Source of the DNA: a virus
Taxonomy: Duplodnaviria; Caudoviricetes
Virus record (IMG/VR): IMGVR_UViG_3300028588_000038
Span: 1 to 43,591 of that record
Direction: 5' to 3' (one strand)
DNA: 43,591 nucleotides
In this document: positions 43,548 to 43,591 of the stretch, piece after piece
How positions within the stretch are numbered: the stretch's first letter is position 1
Layout: the number at the start of each line of letters is the position of its first letter
Notes under the pieces: generated by a model
Seen by the model: the letters and a program-made list of their open reading frames with translations, nothing else
Database searches by the model: none
What the model was told of the DNA's origin: nothing
Program-made: the position numbers and the translations under genes

Positions 43548-43591
43548 AGCAACTAAAGTTTCTGAGTTGTGTGTTAGCGTTGAAAGGAAGG

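Larger units (their letters stand above)
1..43591. mobile_element. Whole HK97-like siphovirus genome (probably cos-packaging; no integrase recognised)
   Basis: Complete ordered head-neck-tail-lysis module plus recombination/replication arms. terS starts 44 nt from the right end, and there are no bacterial housekeeping genes. Confidence 0.92.

Noticed and set aside
1-43591. Canonical tRNA, rRNA, integrase/att site, IS elements
   Set aside because: None recognised by eye; a covariance/HMM scan is needed to exclude divergent ones.

Overview
The window is almost certainly a complete ~43.6 kb linear genome of a long-tailed, HK97-like dsDNA phage, written in reverse relative to the usual convention and apparently opened at the packaging (cos) site. 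The right half (minus strand, 43547 to 22412) runs terS, terL, portal, prohead protease, major capsid protein, a free-standing HNH nuclease, extra head/fibre genes, neck, tail tube, frameshifted tail chaperone, tape measure, a minimal tail tip and fibre, and a lysis cassette (membrane proteins, GH108 endolysin, Rz with embedded Rz1). Divergent promoters near 9.85 kb drive two early arms. The leftward arm has a Cro-like HTH, ninB, ninG, wHTH proteins, a replication/DUF6475-like fusion, a KGG protein, Imm-type superinfection exclusion, the cos-associated HNH and a repeat fibre. The rightward arm has ERF recombinase, Ea22/Lar/ASCH-like mosaics, HNH-AP2 and a large host-like polysaccharide-lyase-like gene. 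I see no integrase or CI-type repressor. A betaproteobacterial host (Oxalobacteraceae-like) is an inference. The most unusual signals are RNA-level controls: (1) a ~60-nt terminator-ended sRNA whose hairpin displays UCUCCCUGU, the exact complement of an ACAGGGAGA ribosome-binding site shared by six phage genes; (2) two C4-like antisense/attenuator RNAs; (3) a sigma70 promoter plus a polyproline leader peptide ahead of the lysis genes; (4) in-frame protein modules bounded by short direct repeats. All family assignments come from motif recognition by eye; no searches were run.
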